Of a stretch of DNA of 64,000 nt, positions 36,401 through 44,800 are shown one piece after another. The DNA comes from Amphiscolops sp. MND2022 (Eukaryota). The translations under genes and the position numbers were made by a program. The notes under the pieces are model-generated. The model was not told where the DNA came from. It did no database searches and saw only the letters and a list, made by a program, of their open reading frames with translations. Where the stretch lies: contig OZ076419.1 in NCBI GenBank assembly GCA_964187785.1, positions 10,416,001 through 10,480,000 on the forward strand, read 5' to 3'. Numbering within the stretch: position 1 is the first letter of the stretch; every line of letters starts with the position of its first letter.

Positions 36401-39400
36401 GTCTCCAATCGGGCTTGATTTTGGGACTGGTGCCATCTTAGCGTCGAATGAGGTTTCGATGAACTTTGCTTCATCGTCACCGTAAGCTTCTCGAGCAAAC
36501 TTCTGACAATGTTCCAATAAGTCTTGGATCTTTTGTCTGGAGGGATCGAAGTGGAGGTGTTCCCATTCGCATCTCGCAGTAGCTGTAGTAGCTGTAGACT
36601 GCAAACAAACCTACAGCGGAATGTAGTGATGATGTCTTCTAGGCTGGCACAGCTTGTATCAGTCATGTCCCTGCAGGTTTGCAATTCGTCACCGCGGAAG
36701 GGTGAATGGAAGTCGTGGATTTGTTCCTCGTCTCAAATATTAGAGTAAACCATGAGGGTTGTCCAGAATAGGTCTTCGAAATGTTCAAATTTGTCATTTC
36801 TCCCATCGAAAGTTAGCATTGTTAGTGACAGTGCTTTTGGTAGCTTATGGGTTCCAAGGGTTTGTTGAAGTGCGTTTTTGAGTGAGTCTAGTAGCTTTTT
36901 GATGATGTTGTCAGGATATTTTTGGTTGTGCGGTGGCAGGCTTGATGATCTTGTCGGGGCTTCGGGTTGGGTGGATACTTTTGTCACCGTGCAAGTACTC
37001 TGATGTGTACAAGCCGCCCGATGTATTCAAAAAAAGTTGTTGTATACATTGTTGCGCGAAGACGTGTTCGATCTATTGATACTATCTGCACCCCCAACCA
37101 AGATTTCCTGGGAGACTGAAAGAGTTGGCTATATAAATCTACATAAAAAAGATGTATACATTGTTGCGCGAAGATGTGTTCGATTTATTGATACTATCTG
37201 CACCCCCAACCATGATTCCCTGGGAGACTGAAAGAGTTGGCTATATACGGCAATTTTTCTCTTCGTTGCCCATTCCACACTCAACCTAATTTTTGATAAA
37301 TGACAACACTTTTTCACGACAGTCGTCCTCGCAAGGATCCTCCTCAACTTTGAAAAGAGATGTTTCCATGCAGAATCTTTGGCGGTCTTCAATAAAGACT
37401 ATATCGGAATCAGACGATACACTGGTTGTTTTCATTGAAACTCACAAGCAGTTTTTCAATAGTCAAAACTTCAACAGGAAAAACACCTTTGTTCATAAAT
37501 TTCTCCATAGTTTTCTGCCAAATTTGTTTTGCCTTGAGAAAGAAGATATTCAAATGCAGATTAAATTCCTACTTACACTCAATATTCCCCAGGAGTTTTT
37601 AGTGAATATACGTCGACTTATACAATGCCCTTTCATCAAAGTAACGATTCTCCCTTCGAGACGTGAACTCAAAACAATCACATGTAAATTGAAAGTAGAA
37701 TTCAGATAAATAATCACTCCCAAGAAAACACCCACTGGGTTAGGTGTCAACCTTGTGGCATTTGTCAAATTTGTTGCCGACATATTGTATAACAAGACCA
37801 GCTTAGTAGGCTTGAGAGTCGACTATAATGAAGACGCAATGTCTCTGGGGAAAAGACGTCGTACGAATGGCATTCCGAATATTGCAAAGTGGCATCGAAA
37901 TTGAACTTTCCTCTACCCATGTATGCAAATCTTCACGTTTGCTGTGCTTGAGGTGAGTGACTCGAATTGTACTAATAATATCGAAAAATGATGAACAAGT
38001 ATTCCTTGAAAACAATGCGAATCTGATCCAGTCGTGACCTACACTCAATTATTTATTGGGAACACAAATGAATTTGGTCCGTTTTCAGCAGCACTCGATT
38101 GTTTTGTCACAAAACAAAAGTTTTTTCCCTGTTGGGAAGTGAGAAACCTGAAGTTGGATTAATAAGTTTTGGAATGTTTCCGAGGGTAGAGATGTGTGAA
38201 TCAACTTGGAGTACTGCCTCGCATTTAAGAAGTACTTGGATGGTCTGGATGGTTAGACAAGGGAACAAAGGCTTTACATGACGAAGGTGCTATACTGAGT
38301 TGTTCCGGTGATTCACTATTCCAAATGTGTCTTTTGAAAGGTGTTAGCAGTGATGTTTCTTGTCTCTCAAAGATGTGTCTTTATGTCAGTGATCCTGCAG
38401 ATTCTTCGAATCCACCACTGAAACAGACAAAAAAGACATTGCTGAAGATGAGAGAGAAATGGAATTTAAAGGTTGCATTCTTCCGTCAACTGTCGACTAT
38501 GCTACTGGTCGAAGTACAGAATTTATCATTGATTTCAACGAACGCATTCCACATTATTTCCTCATTTTTTTCTCAAATCATGACGTGTTGTTCCGCCTGG
38601 CGTCCCTCGAAGACAGGAAACTTGAGCTCAACTGCGCTTCCGCGAACTCAGACTTTCCGTTTTGTCATGCTTTCCAAGGGAAGCAAGCTTCCACTTCTTG
38701 TCTGAGTTGTGACTCAGCTTCCTCCCGCTCGCATTCCTGCCCCGTCAAGACACCGAAGCTGAACTTGGCAATGAATCTAGTTGCATGAATCGTTAAAGGT
38801 TCTCCAATGAAAGAAAAATGGAAAAAAATCATGACACTTAACTTTATGCGGAAGAAAGGTTACCTGCAATGTTAGCTGAAATGCTCAAAAACATTGCACA
38901 GTGCTCAAATTGATGCTCCTTGTATATTGGGTGTGAATTTTAGAAAAGCACAAAGCTCAGTCCCTGGCTATGGCCTGGAGCGCATACTCAATTAACCATC
39001 ACTTTTACATTGAAGTACTATTCTGGTTTGTCCGCATTCCTCATTCTTTAATATAACTTAGGAACAGGTTATTAAATCCATATGGATTTAGTATTCCTCT
39101 GTCTCTGGACACGTCCCAGGCCATACCGCACGATAAATGTGCTTTCCAGAAAAAAAAACGGAGGTTTATAACAATTACATGGTCAGCATCATTTCCAACA
39201 AATATTCAGATACATTAATTAGGTTTACTGTTTTCATTAGTTTCAACAATAACAGGCGTTCATACTAGATTGTTCAATCGTAAAACACCGTTTCAAATGT
39301 TGTTATTCGTGTTGTGGCTCCGTATCAATCGATGAATATATTTAAATATAAATACTTATATAATAATTAGTTTTTGTTGTTGAGTGTTTTTGCAACTATT

Positions 39401-40716
39401 TAGCGCCGGTATTCTTACGAATAAACAAAATTTAAACTGATTATCGAAATTTTTATTCTTTGTTTCCGTCTATTTTTCCTTCCTTCCCTCATTTCTCTCT
39501 TTTTTCTTCCTAGACTGAGCTTTTCCGTTGCAAAATTCACAGCTCAGCTGGGTCTGTGAACGGCTCGTTCAAACGTGATGACAGTTGTCCCCGCACACCG
39601 ATCGCCCACGTCGAACCCAGCGCATTCAATCAGAAATACCCAAACATCAATACCGCAAATTGATAATGAAGTACTCGTTTTTTTAAATAGAAACTGTTTA
39701 GGACTTGAAATTGTCATGATGTTATTTTTCCTTTCAGTTGAGTTGAACGGCGAAATGAAGTACTTTGATGAGACGCTAACAGAGCTGAAGTATTAGGTCT
39801 AGATACAAGAGCGTACCAACCAAAGTTGTTTTACAGTTATAAATTATGTAATGAATACAAATTAGGTTACATTAATGTTCGTAGCAAGTACAGGGAAGTC
39901 TAGCCGACTAGACTAGAGATGATGGGAGGGATAACTTAAAATGAACGAATCGTTAGATAGGAAATCAATATTTTATTATTGCAAGGCGATTTCAGACTCA
40001 ATTACACAGCCAAAATTTCTCTAAACTCTAGTATCACAGGCCCAAAGGCAAAAAACTATCCAATCACAAAAGCGAAACGTCGTCCACGTCCAACAAATTG
40101 ACAAGAGTGCAAGGAGCAGTAGTAAATTTGTCTACTAGTAAATCTTCGTTTCTACTAACAACTACAACATCACTCCAATCCCACAAACCCAAAAAAAGCG
40201 GAAATAAAAGAAATAGAACTAATCACAGTCAAGAGGTTCCTTGAGTCTAAAGAATGAAATCAAAGACTGGTTCAAAATCTAAACTGTTTGGAAAGACAAA
40301 TGTCAGTTTTTGTGGGATTCGAGAGAAACTTTTCTTGGAATTGAACAATTGCTTTCTAAAATACTAGAAGTAACTTGAAAGAGGTTTTGTGGGGTTTCAG
40401 AAAAATATTTCCGATGTCGCTGGAACTTCAAGCAATGAGCTGAAAGCTATACCTCTGAAAACAATGCACCAAATGATGAAGTCGGACAAAATTAACTCGT
40501 TGCGCGCCGAGGATGCGTTCAGGGTGAGTGTAGATAGAATCCAACTTCATTCAATTTCATAAGAACGTTCCTTGATTGGCACCTGAATTGTTTCAGATGC
40601 TACTTGACTGGGTTGACTCCGACCGAAATGATCGATCAGAATACTTGAGTAGTTTCATGGAGCCCAAGATTGGACTCTTGACAACTGATGCTAGTAGCAT
40701 GATAACTTCAGCATGA
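12252..40716 (+). CDS. Spliced BTB-BACK domain protein (Kelch-like family N-terminal architecture); 5' end unresolved
   Basis: Five exons with GT/AG boundaries splice in frame: ...VKCHTNTIALYSAYFDSIF...IIFTDVNMDSMKPIVDFIYTDHIDLFPGNFRFILKDAEKLKMEELVTQCQEFLEQDITASNCINLMLCAE...EEYFW|KNISDVAG...MMKSDKINSLRAEDAFR|MLLDWVDSDRNDRSEYLSSF. These match BTB and BACK consensus patterns. Confidence 0.8.
13214..13318 (+). CDS. BTB-BACK gene exon
   Basis: tttcag acceptor, 105 nt, phase 1-1; encodes IIFTDVNMDSMKPIVDFIYT; GT at 13319. Confidence 0.8.
13394..13593 (+). CDS. BTB-BACK gene exon (BTB end / BACK start)
   Basis: ttttag acceptor after a 75-nt intron with a CTAAC branch motif; 200 nt; ends TGG|GTAAGT. 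Confidence 0.85.
14150..15650 (-). pseudogene. Degraded reading frame of unknown family, probably TE-associated
   Basis: Protein-like stretches interrupted by stops (ALGPCPEGWPMTSIEPFVNQCESLC..., FLETCSFFLPSGQCHDGHHRW..., ORF 14908-15144). Its 3' part is repeated in inverted orientation at ~16375-16540. Confidence 0.3.
15659..16182 (-). mobile_element. Probable solo LTR
   Basis: On the - strand it starts TGTTCTGCCCGGCGTCCCTCGAAGACAGGAAACTTGAGC and ends ...GGCGAAACA. The same ~38-nt start occurs at 38589 (+). No TSD found. Confidence 0.5.
16540..18600 (+). mobile_element. Ty3/Gypsy gag-protease fragment
   Basis: Collinear homolog of 34750-36990 (-). Ends at the protease motif LFVPLDFQELTLDALIDS, truncated at the DSG site. 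Confidence 0.75.
18620..20151 (-). pseudogene. Putative env-like ORF of the Gypsy element
   Basis: Lies downstream of integrase. Hydrophobic start (MGPTLIILAVCDISA), then a long frame with scattered stops containing a basic cluster (SRRSKK) directly followed by hydrophobic IFCGHGPWLLVLLL. Confidence 0.4.
20500..21460 (-). pseudogene. Gypsy pol remnant (RT connection, RNase H, integrase C-terminus) with large deletions
   Basis: RYIGFSNVYRNYIPRRSEKIAPFHEL; MTHENFENAGYALM (a decayed MTDASF.AAGYALM). Confidence 0.7.
21461..21828 (-). repeat. 3' LTR of outer BEL
   Basis: Starts TGTTGCAAAGCAAATAT on the - strand right after the PPT; aligns with 33305-33659. Its left end is 21461 or 21472. Confidence 0.75.
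21711..21783 (-). ncRNA. tRNA-like (Gly-TCC-like) Pol III A/B-box cassette inside the LTR
   Basis: TAGCTTAATCGGTAGAG (A box/D arm), TTTCCAA loop and GTTCAATTCC (B box/T loop) at tRNA spacing. The acceptor and anticodon stems do not pair, so it is not a functional tRNA. Confidence 0.7.
21985..22950 (-). pseudogene. Outer BEL integrase + DUF5641 remnant
   Basis: VHFEVV...ERFATRRGVPSVLWSDNGTNF; VEPTSPRRHFPLARVVKLNYCIDALARSAELKIATGNLVRHVVKLAPV. Confidence 0.85.
22960..24450 (-). pseudogene. Outer BEL gag N-terminal remnant
   Basis: Coiled-coil LIIAKHRREEIERPNEAALRLAKQ followed by a low-complexity P/S/T-rich region; abuts integrase directly. Confidence 0.65.
24455..24741 (-). repeat. 3' LTR of inner BEL
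   Basis: Direct repeat of 31258-31541. Confidence 0.95.
24850..27189 (-). CDS. pol: Inner BEL pol: RT C-terminus, RNase H, integrase, DUF5641
   Basis: LHLFCDASERAYAA, VPRLELCAALL, HQLTLHGG...CVNC, GLDFAGP, YSDNGKNFVG, HFGGLWE, WPLAKI. Same frame as 27259-30120. Confidence 0.95.
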   Translation of the reverse strand: MTKRQMLSDISKTFDPLGWLSPVTIFLKQLMQRAWEAKISWDDHLPFELADQYLKWRTKLISLKDVELQRFVLLDGFSDKIELHLFCDASERAYAACIYIVATDSHGRRKSSLLVAKTKVAPVKTQSVPRLELCAALLGTRLYQSVIKSIGQTPVVIEKTFAWTDSTIVLCWLSKEPSRWSTFVSNRISEIQGENKLNWNHVCSEENPADPASRGINPDEINQHDLWWNGPKWLLTGAFPKTLSIVEKSEELKKSTLTTGITSLQTSVAHRDTKKDVIDLSRFNSLYKVLRILAYARRFIDKLKKNVFVLPNYITAPELTESIIILIGQEQMKRYSEEIRTLEIAQQVKPKSQICKLYPFLDNGILCVGGRLVHAKLPEESKFQRLIPQDSHLARLIVLNSHQLTLHGGTSQTIAHIRTRFWIPSCRNLVRKMIMNCVNCNRFNSKPVFPLMGDLPKTRVDPPIKAFEEVGLDFAGPFFCRKSPNSLEKSYLALFVCFASKAVHLELVSDLSTAACIAAIRRFVSRRGCPKNIYSDNGKNFVGSDKEIADLQKILRNEHCDSLQAEAAGLHIKWFFIPPRAPHFGGLWESAIKCANIHLRKVMGNKVLSFEELCTLLCQIEMILNSRPICPLSEDPNNEFFLTPAHFCLGGKLENLPLSQTTDDLKNPDSTHSPTKRWIQIQKMVSHFWKRWVKEYVLSLQEINKRKLETSNLKVGDIVFVIDDNVPPLQWPLAKIQHVYTGPDNVVRVVKIKTATGIYNRPVHKLKKLFDANFNDEFK
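27259..30120 (-). CDS. gag-pol: Inner BEL gag-protease-RT
   Basis: DUF1759-type LPTFTGSYTDWMSFFDLF...EKLNYLKACVKGEA; Cys/His knuckles CESCQEDH, CFNCFQSGH and CRECKMKHHTLLH; ALLDSGSQAS; LRVVFDASAK; YVDD. Ends at a TGA in LGIV[W]Q. Confidence 0.95.
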   Translation of the reverse strand: MSVTESSASVQPATEDRKLTRIRGCHKDAFTKLEQKVDEFTVTAIDSSTKLFQGEALLKTLQDRIAMIHKFDAEIELLIEDEDDLANELEQQTEFHVSASVTIARLSALIENYKKERDRPPREFSTDSSQSSSATSSRLKLLKLLLPTFTGSYTDWMSFFDLFKASVDSNTHLSNSEKLNYLKACVKGEAARLISSISITDANYNIAFALLKDRYENKRSIIQAHWQAIWSQPVLKTESALGLRKLLELTNEPLRALVELGQPVEHWNAILVFVLTDKMDPESRKQWQLDNPGTDVLSWELLSKFLDTRSRALESGGTKVTPQPSVTPPCNQGNQTLTKRVQNYAVQGSSCESCQEDHRLYACSQFKGMCLADRHKFIKDKKLCFNCFQSGHSSNACPSKFTCRECKMKHHTLLHQPQKQLPDQRTSTKTYSSMNSTSNKMESTKQFTTGHFRADNEINTVLLSTSLVTIRNSSGDAIKLRALLDSGSQASFVTEDVAKALMLPTQRSQINVSTMGSSHFQKTRGLLNDTIEVNLHLIPKISNTIPDKEIDVSTMRHVKNLNLADPTFNVPNKVDLLLGADVIEDIMLDNKIKDNGLCIRDSVFGWVVSGPVYSSGSNNVVSHMTTTPKCDSDQLLLKFWDIESVPETRHLTLDERRCEEHFDSTTKRNEDGRFVVQMPFKDGPHNLGLSKANAMKRFIRLEYTLRHNVDLFRKYSAFIQEFIDLGHLEKVQPGEINNSPNFYLPHHCVLKEDSTTTKLRVVFDASAKTTTGFSLNDCLLVGPKLQDDLFKILVRFRFFKIALSADVAKMYRQVELDKADRDFHRILWRFTADGPVETLRMTRVTNGVASSSYHSIRSLRECANLSEVSTEVQRAILRDFYVDDILTGANSIDKARILQKQLVETLKRGRFDLRKWTSNESSIILDLPPEYREANDNLEFLDKDHTIKTLGIV
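30265..31014 (-). CDS. Extra ORF upstream of gag (249 aa, no ATG), SGNH/GDSL-hydrolase-like motifs
   Basis: Uninterrupted ORF between the PBS and gag: IIGASSL, IPSLSLNP, VIWHDILNNS, ALVYCER, RLHP, basic tail. A homolog is present in the outer BEL. Confidence 0.7.
   Translation of the reverse strand: MKKLWIPLIVCPLLLLPEILDTDSHIFAKSLIDLQLTPSKPKTSLLINIIGASSLKRALQNLDFDNRNTLGNFITAIPSLSLNPYVQSDTLKLSFLLDHGILKITNQLVIWHDILNNSLTPHKSNNNTALTPKELATELLKYKSRITALVYCERIGAPHAFDDLRDQDFIVIRVTENLLSRRKQNDILLLNEYSRLHPVADIELKSLFIVLEHRNNLKALSQNTRSPSKKPSQRKRRLKKLLEQSLKST
31258..31541 (-). repeat. 5' LTR of inner BEL
   Basis: Followed on the - strand by tttTGGTCCGCCATAG (PBS). Confidence 0.95.
31960..32560 (-). pseudogene. 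Outer BEL extra ORF, homolog of 30265-31014
   Basis: LAASSLDHAF...TIPGLSLIPN...VIWQADLNNSISKHDSNN.RAL...ALVHCQR...KKPND...LHQNLELELKTLGFVL aligns motif by motif with the inner BEL ORF. Confidence 0.85.
33305..33659 (-). repeat. 5' LTR of outer BEL
   Basis: Aligns with 21472-21828; PBS immediately downstream on the - strand. Confidence 0.75.
33542..33612 (-). ncRNA. Second copy of the tRNA-like cassette inside the LTR
   Basis: TAGCTTATCGGTAGAG...TTTCCAA...GTTCAATTTCCGG at the same position in the LTR as 21711-21783. Confidence 0.65.
33660..33970 (-). pseudogene. Gypsy RT remnant
   Basis: YLDRAINADKSAQYVDDIGIATN...LGRTISP. Confidence 0.85.
34740..36990 (-). pseudogene. Gypsy gag-protease remnant
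   Basis: LPKALSLTMLTFDGRNDKFEHFEDLF (gag) and LLVPMDLQELTLEALIDSGA (protease). Confidence 0.8.
37041..37247. repeat. Tandem duplication, 112-bp period, 2 copies
   Basis: TGTATACATTGTTGCGCGAAGA...AGAGTTGGCTATATA at 37041 and 37153. Confidence 0.9.
37250..38300 (-). pseudogene. Degraded reading frame of unknown family
   Basis: A largely single frame with scattered stops: ...QRHCVFII...LVIQYVGNKFDKC...FLGSDYLSEFYFQFTCDCFE...YFDERALYKS...KGVFPVEVL, then (frameshifted) VSSDSDIVFIE. Confidence 0.45.
38589..38835 (+). mobile_element. LTR-like segment related to 15659-16182
   Basis: Starts TGTTCCGCCTGGCGTCCCTCGAAGACAGGAAACTTGAGC; right end uncertain. Confidence 0.4.
40401..40523 (+). CDS. BTB-BACK gene exon (BACK domain)
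   Basis: tttcag acceptor, 41 codons (KNISDVAG...EDAFR), donor GTGAGT; phase 0 matches the 13593 donor. Confidence 0.8.
40597..40716 (+). CDS. BTB-BACK gene exon (BACK C-terminus, ends in TGA)
   Basis: gtttcag acceptor after a 73-nt intron; MLLDWVDSDRNDRSEYLSSFM matches the BACK pattern W...D...R...L..L. Confidence 0.75.
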   Translation: MLLDWVDSDRNDRSEYLSSFMEPKIGLLTTDASSMITSA

Positions 40717-41609
40717 ATCATAAATAAGTATTTAGTCTCATGTCAAACTACGAAGAGCAAAGCTCAGCCCTATATGTGTATCCAGTTCGGGCCGGCCCTA
40801 GACAAAAATATTTATAAAAAACAAATTGGCAATATAAAAATTCTAATAAGTTGAAAAATCACCGACGAAAATGTCCGTTTTAATAAAATTAACTACTAGC
40901 ACATAATGGCATTTTTCCATGGTTTCAAACCACGGTGAAAAAACAAGTGTGAGAAAAACCTTCGAAAATTGAAAACAAAATCACAAATGTTTCGTGATAC
41001 ATGTTTACTATACCTTTTGAACCTCAAATTTTCTTTTGATTTAGTGTGCATTCAAGTTCAACATGCAGTTTTGTTTGCTCTTCCGGTTGTTCATGATCAA
41101 AACCGGATATTCAACTTCAACTGTCGCAGGGTTACCCGTGCGAGATGTCCGGGGTGCAACACCGGTGAAACAGTCAACGCCATCTGCAATCTGGAACACC
41201 CGCAAATGGAAGGAGAAAAATAATAAACACTTGAAACTTTGCTTTAATTTAATATGAAATTAAAACATTTTGTTATATCGTTTGTTTGAAATGTTGTTGT
41301 TTTACAAAATCTCCATATAGACACATATAGACGATGGTTGCTGTTGTTGTTTTGTCGTTTTTCTTATTGCTTAAAAAGTGCGTTGATCATTTCAAAAATA
41401 TCCAAAAAAGAGCAACGTTACGGTTACTTGAACTGAACCAAATTCCTATTTTTTATTCAAACTCACCTAGTGAGGTTTTATTCAATACCTTTTATACCTC
41501 CTCACAGCATTACGACACCACTTATGTCGGAATTAAGCAGCAATTGCTCAAAAACAGTATGAAGATGGACTCAGAAAGCAGCATCCTGAGCCAACACGCA
41601 TTTATGCTG

Positions 41610-41880
41610 GCTAATTATACTGTACTATGCGGTTTGTATGAAGCAGCATATGAGGTAACAACAGCAAATGCGGTATTATTCTCAAAACAGCATACGCGGA
41701 CTTGTTGATAAAACAGTAAATGCAGTTTTCCGAGTGAAACAGCATATGCGGAAATTTCACTGAAACAGCATGATGTTTAGTCTGAAAATCAAGATGTTGA
41801 GCACCAGCGTGACAGAGCTAGTGTGTTATACTGACTTATGCGGTTTTCATGAAGCAGTATATGCGGAATTATCATAACAA
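41610..41880. repeat. Degenerate array of TATGC.GTTTT...AAACAGCATA units
   Basis: Recurrent AAACAGCAT / TATGCGG motifs related to the array at 49990-50450. Confidence 0.6.
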
Positions 41881-44800
41881 ACAGGACACTTCGCATATTA
41901 TTCTTCGTTAATCAGCCGCCACCACGGCGCTAAATTTATAGTTTCTAGGGACGTGATATAATGTTTTATTTTCAACTTTTAACCCCAAAAACATGACGTT
42001 ATGATGATTTAAATAAAATTGATGGTCATGATACTAAAGAGGACTCCCAATAAAAAAATTTCAGAAGACACCTTCAGAATCAGTTTTACTCACGATCATT
42101 CAACAGAAAACACAGATACAAGACAGTCACCTCAAATTTGCAAAACACATTCACAGTTTCTTCATTTCACAGTTTTTTTTCTGTATAATATATCTCGAAT
42201 TTGATTTCAACTGATTTGTTTTGAAATTCAAAGTTTGTCGCACCCAACACTGTTTTCACGATGGGAAACAAAAGAAATAGAGGCTCAAGGAAAGTAGAAC
42301 CCTATGTCTTCAGCCAGAGACGAAAACACTTCAGAAACAAGCTTCACACAAGGTAATGTGACTTTACTTGATGATTCTGAAAATAATAATATTTTCCTTG
42401 ACAGGAACTTAGTAGCCATATCTCAATAACTGTCTGAACAAAACAACACCAAAATGACACAAGTTTGAATAACAATCCAATAGTAAATTTGAAGAGATAC
42501 TCAAAGAAATTAGAACAAATAAAAACCGCAGTTTGATAAATTATGAAGAAGCTGCCGAGAACTACAGACCTAGTACTTCAAGTTTAGAAAACAAAAATTT
42601 CATGAGAAAACACCCACCTAATACTAAAATTGGCAAAGACAAAAATCAGCATAATCGCTTCCAGTCTTCAGAAATGTATGAACTAAGACAACCGTCAACC
42701 CTTTCGGAGTTGCTAATGAGACCTTAGATAATACAACCATAATAAAAGAAGACAAACAGGAAGCTGATTATTACATGCTGACAGGACCTCCCACGAGCAT
42801 CTGAGGGAACCTTCTAACACTTCAGTCACCACAAAATATCGAACCAATCGCAGAACATCTTTTCACGAGCATCCTGAGTCATCAGACCCAGTAAGCCAGC
42901 TTGCCCAAGCAATCGAGAAACTCCCGAGGAAAAACCCAGAACCTTCAATCTTTCATCCGAAAAATACCCTTACCTTTAACGGTAATTTAGAGGAACATGA
43001 GAAGTTCTCACTTAGGAGATAAAAATCAACAAACTTTTTTACGCCCATTTTTGAGGGCTAGCTTCAAAAGCTTTCAATAATATACAGCAAACACCCACAG
43101 CAAAACTTGAAGACATCTTTGTAGTCTTCCGCAGGAAGTATGTTAAGCCTAAATCTAGTGCTTCAGCAAAACATAGATTCAACAGGCTCATGTTTCAACC
43201 TGAAAATCAAAAACTACCCGACTTTCTTGAGAGCCTCCCGGGGAACGCGGAAAAAGCATTTGGGGAAGCAGCACCAAAGATGATCGAAAGTCTGATATAT
43301 GCAAAAATGCCACCCTATCCAAAGAAATCAATCAACCAAGCGTTCCTCGAAAATGATACATATGACGAAAATGTACGACACCTAGAACGAGGAATGGAGC
43401 TCAATGGACTTGAAGCAGATGAGCCCCTTGTAAAAACACAAATGACTGTTGTAAAACAACAATCCAGCTCACAAAACGCTACAACACCGTCAGAAACCAC
43501 TCAGGCAAATACCATAACTCCAGACACAGTCCCCAAAAACACACTCCAAATTAACGAATATCGATATTGCAAGGGAGAGAGTCACATCGTAAAAGAGTTT
43601 TCGAAAATTGCAAAACAACAGAAAATGGACCAAGACCCAGACGCACCAAAATGTTTCTATTGTAACGCCCCACGTCACGAAGATCCCAACTGTTTCGTTG
43701 ACGCAAACGAGGAAAATCATCCAGCGCTTACTTAAACCCAAAAAAAACTCATTGAAGAGTACACAAACTCCAGCAAACCCAAAAAGCCACGAAACCCAAA
43801 ACCTTCCACATTGCAGGTTGTAAAGTATTCAAGTCACGCCTTCGAACAAAATCACCACGAAAAGAAAACTCAGTACATGACTGGCAGCATCCTCTGAGCC
43901 CATTACCCATAAAACTATACTAGTTGAAAATGACTCAATGACCACAAAATCACAACCTCAAACACCCGACATTGTGTGGATCTGTATGAATTATACCGGA
44001 CTGCCCCAGGTAACTACATAATACGACAATCGTTTGAATCAGAAATCGAGCGAAAAACATACAATCAACACAACAACACTTCACAACCTCAAGAAAGACA
44101 AACTGAACACCCGATCCAACAAATCTGCCTCAACAACTGAAACCGACAATGAAACTACTTCGGAATGAACAAAAACTTTCTTCTGCGCATCATCTGTGAA
44201 ACCATACTTGCTTGACAATGACGTTTTCAATCATCTCACGACAGATGATAGTAATCACATCATGTATTTGAAGCTTTCCATTAATCTTAGCCTCAGAAAG
44301 AAATTCCACATGTACTATTTTCCCATGGATTTCAAGAAACTCTCTCTGGATGGACTCATTGACACAGACGCCCTCACCAGCGCCCTTTCTGAAGCTGCAC
44401 TCAACAAAATCAAACAACTATCAGTCGAAGCTTTCAAAGACCCTGGAGCAGCACCAAACTTCCAAATGTGGTAGCAACGCGTCCACTCGAACGTCCCATT
44501 GGAACTGTCTTTCTAAAATTTAAGGTAGTAGACTTCCAATTCCACGAAAATTTCTGCGTGATGCAAACATTACCGAATCCGCAATTTTTGTCAATGCAAT
44601 TAAGCCCAAACGAACAACCGATACCTGAGCAGCAGCACCTTTGCTGACAGAAACAACCTCTACCCTACAACCTGAAGAAACTCTTGCAATCTTCTGCAAA
44701 ATGCCACACTTGATAGACCATAATGCAAAGAAATCGTCACACGTGGCCTACCAAGTGATCAACGTCTCGGATATGCCTTACACCCTTCCAGATTCTGGTT

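Larger units (their letters stand above)
18600..37030 (-). mobile_element. Degraded Ty3/Gypsy element interrupted by BEL insertions
   Basis: - strand order: PBS-like TCGGGCGGCT (~37012-37021), gag, protease (LEALIDSGA), RT (QYVDDIG), [BEL insertion], RT-RH connection (RYIGF..YRNYIPR), RNase H (AGYALM), integrase C-terminal remnants, env-like ORF. Confidence 0.8.

Noticed and set aside
37430-37500. KGVFPVEV as Polinton DNA polymerase B motif; VGNKFD as GTPase G4 motif
   Set aside because: Short matches only; no other polB or GTPase motifs in the surrounding frame.
38971-39123. Tiny MITE (TA-TGGCCTGG...CCAGGCCA-TA)
   Set aside because: Only an 8-bp inverted repeat and a single copy here; could be chance.
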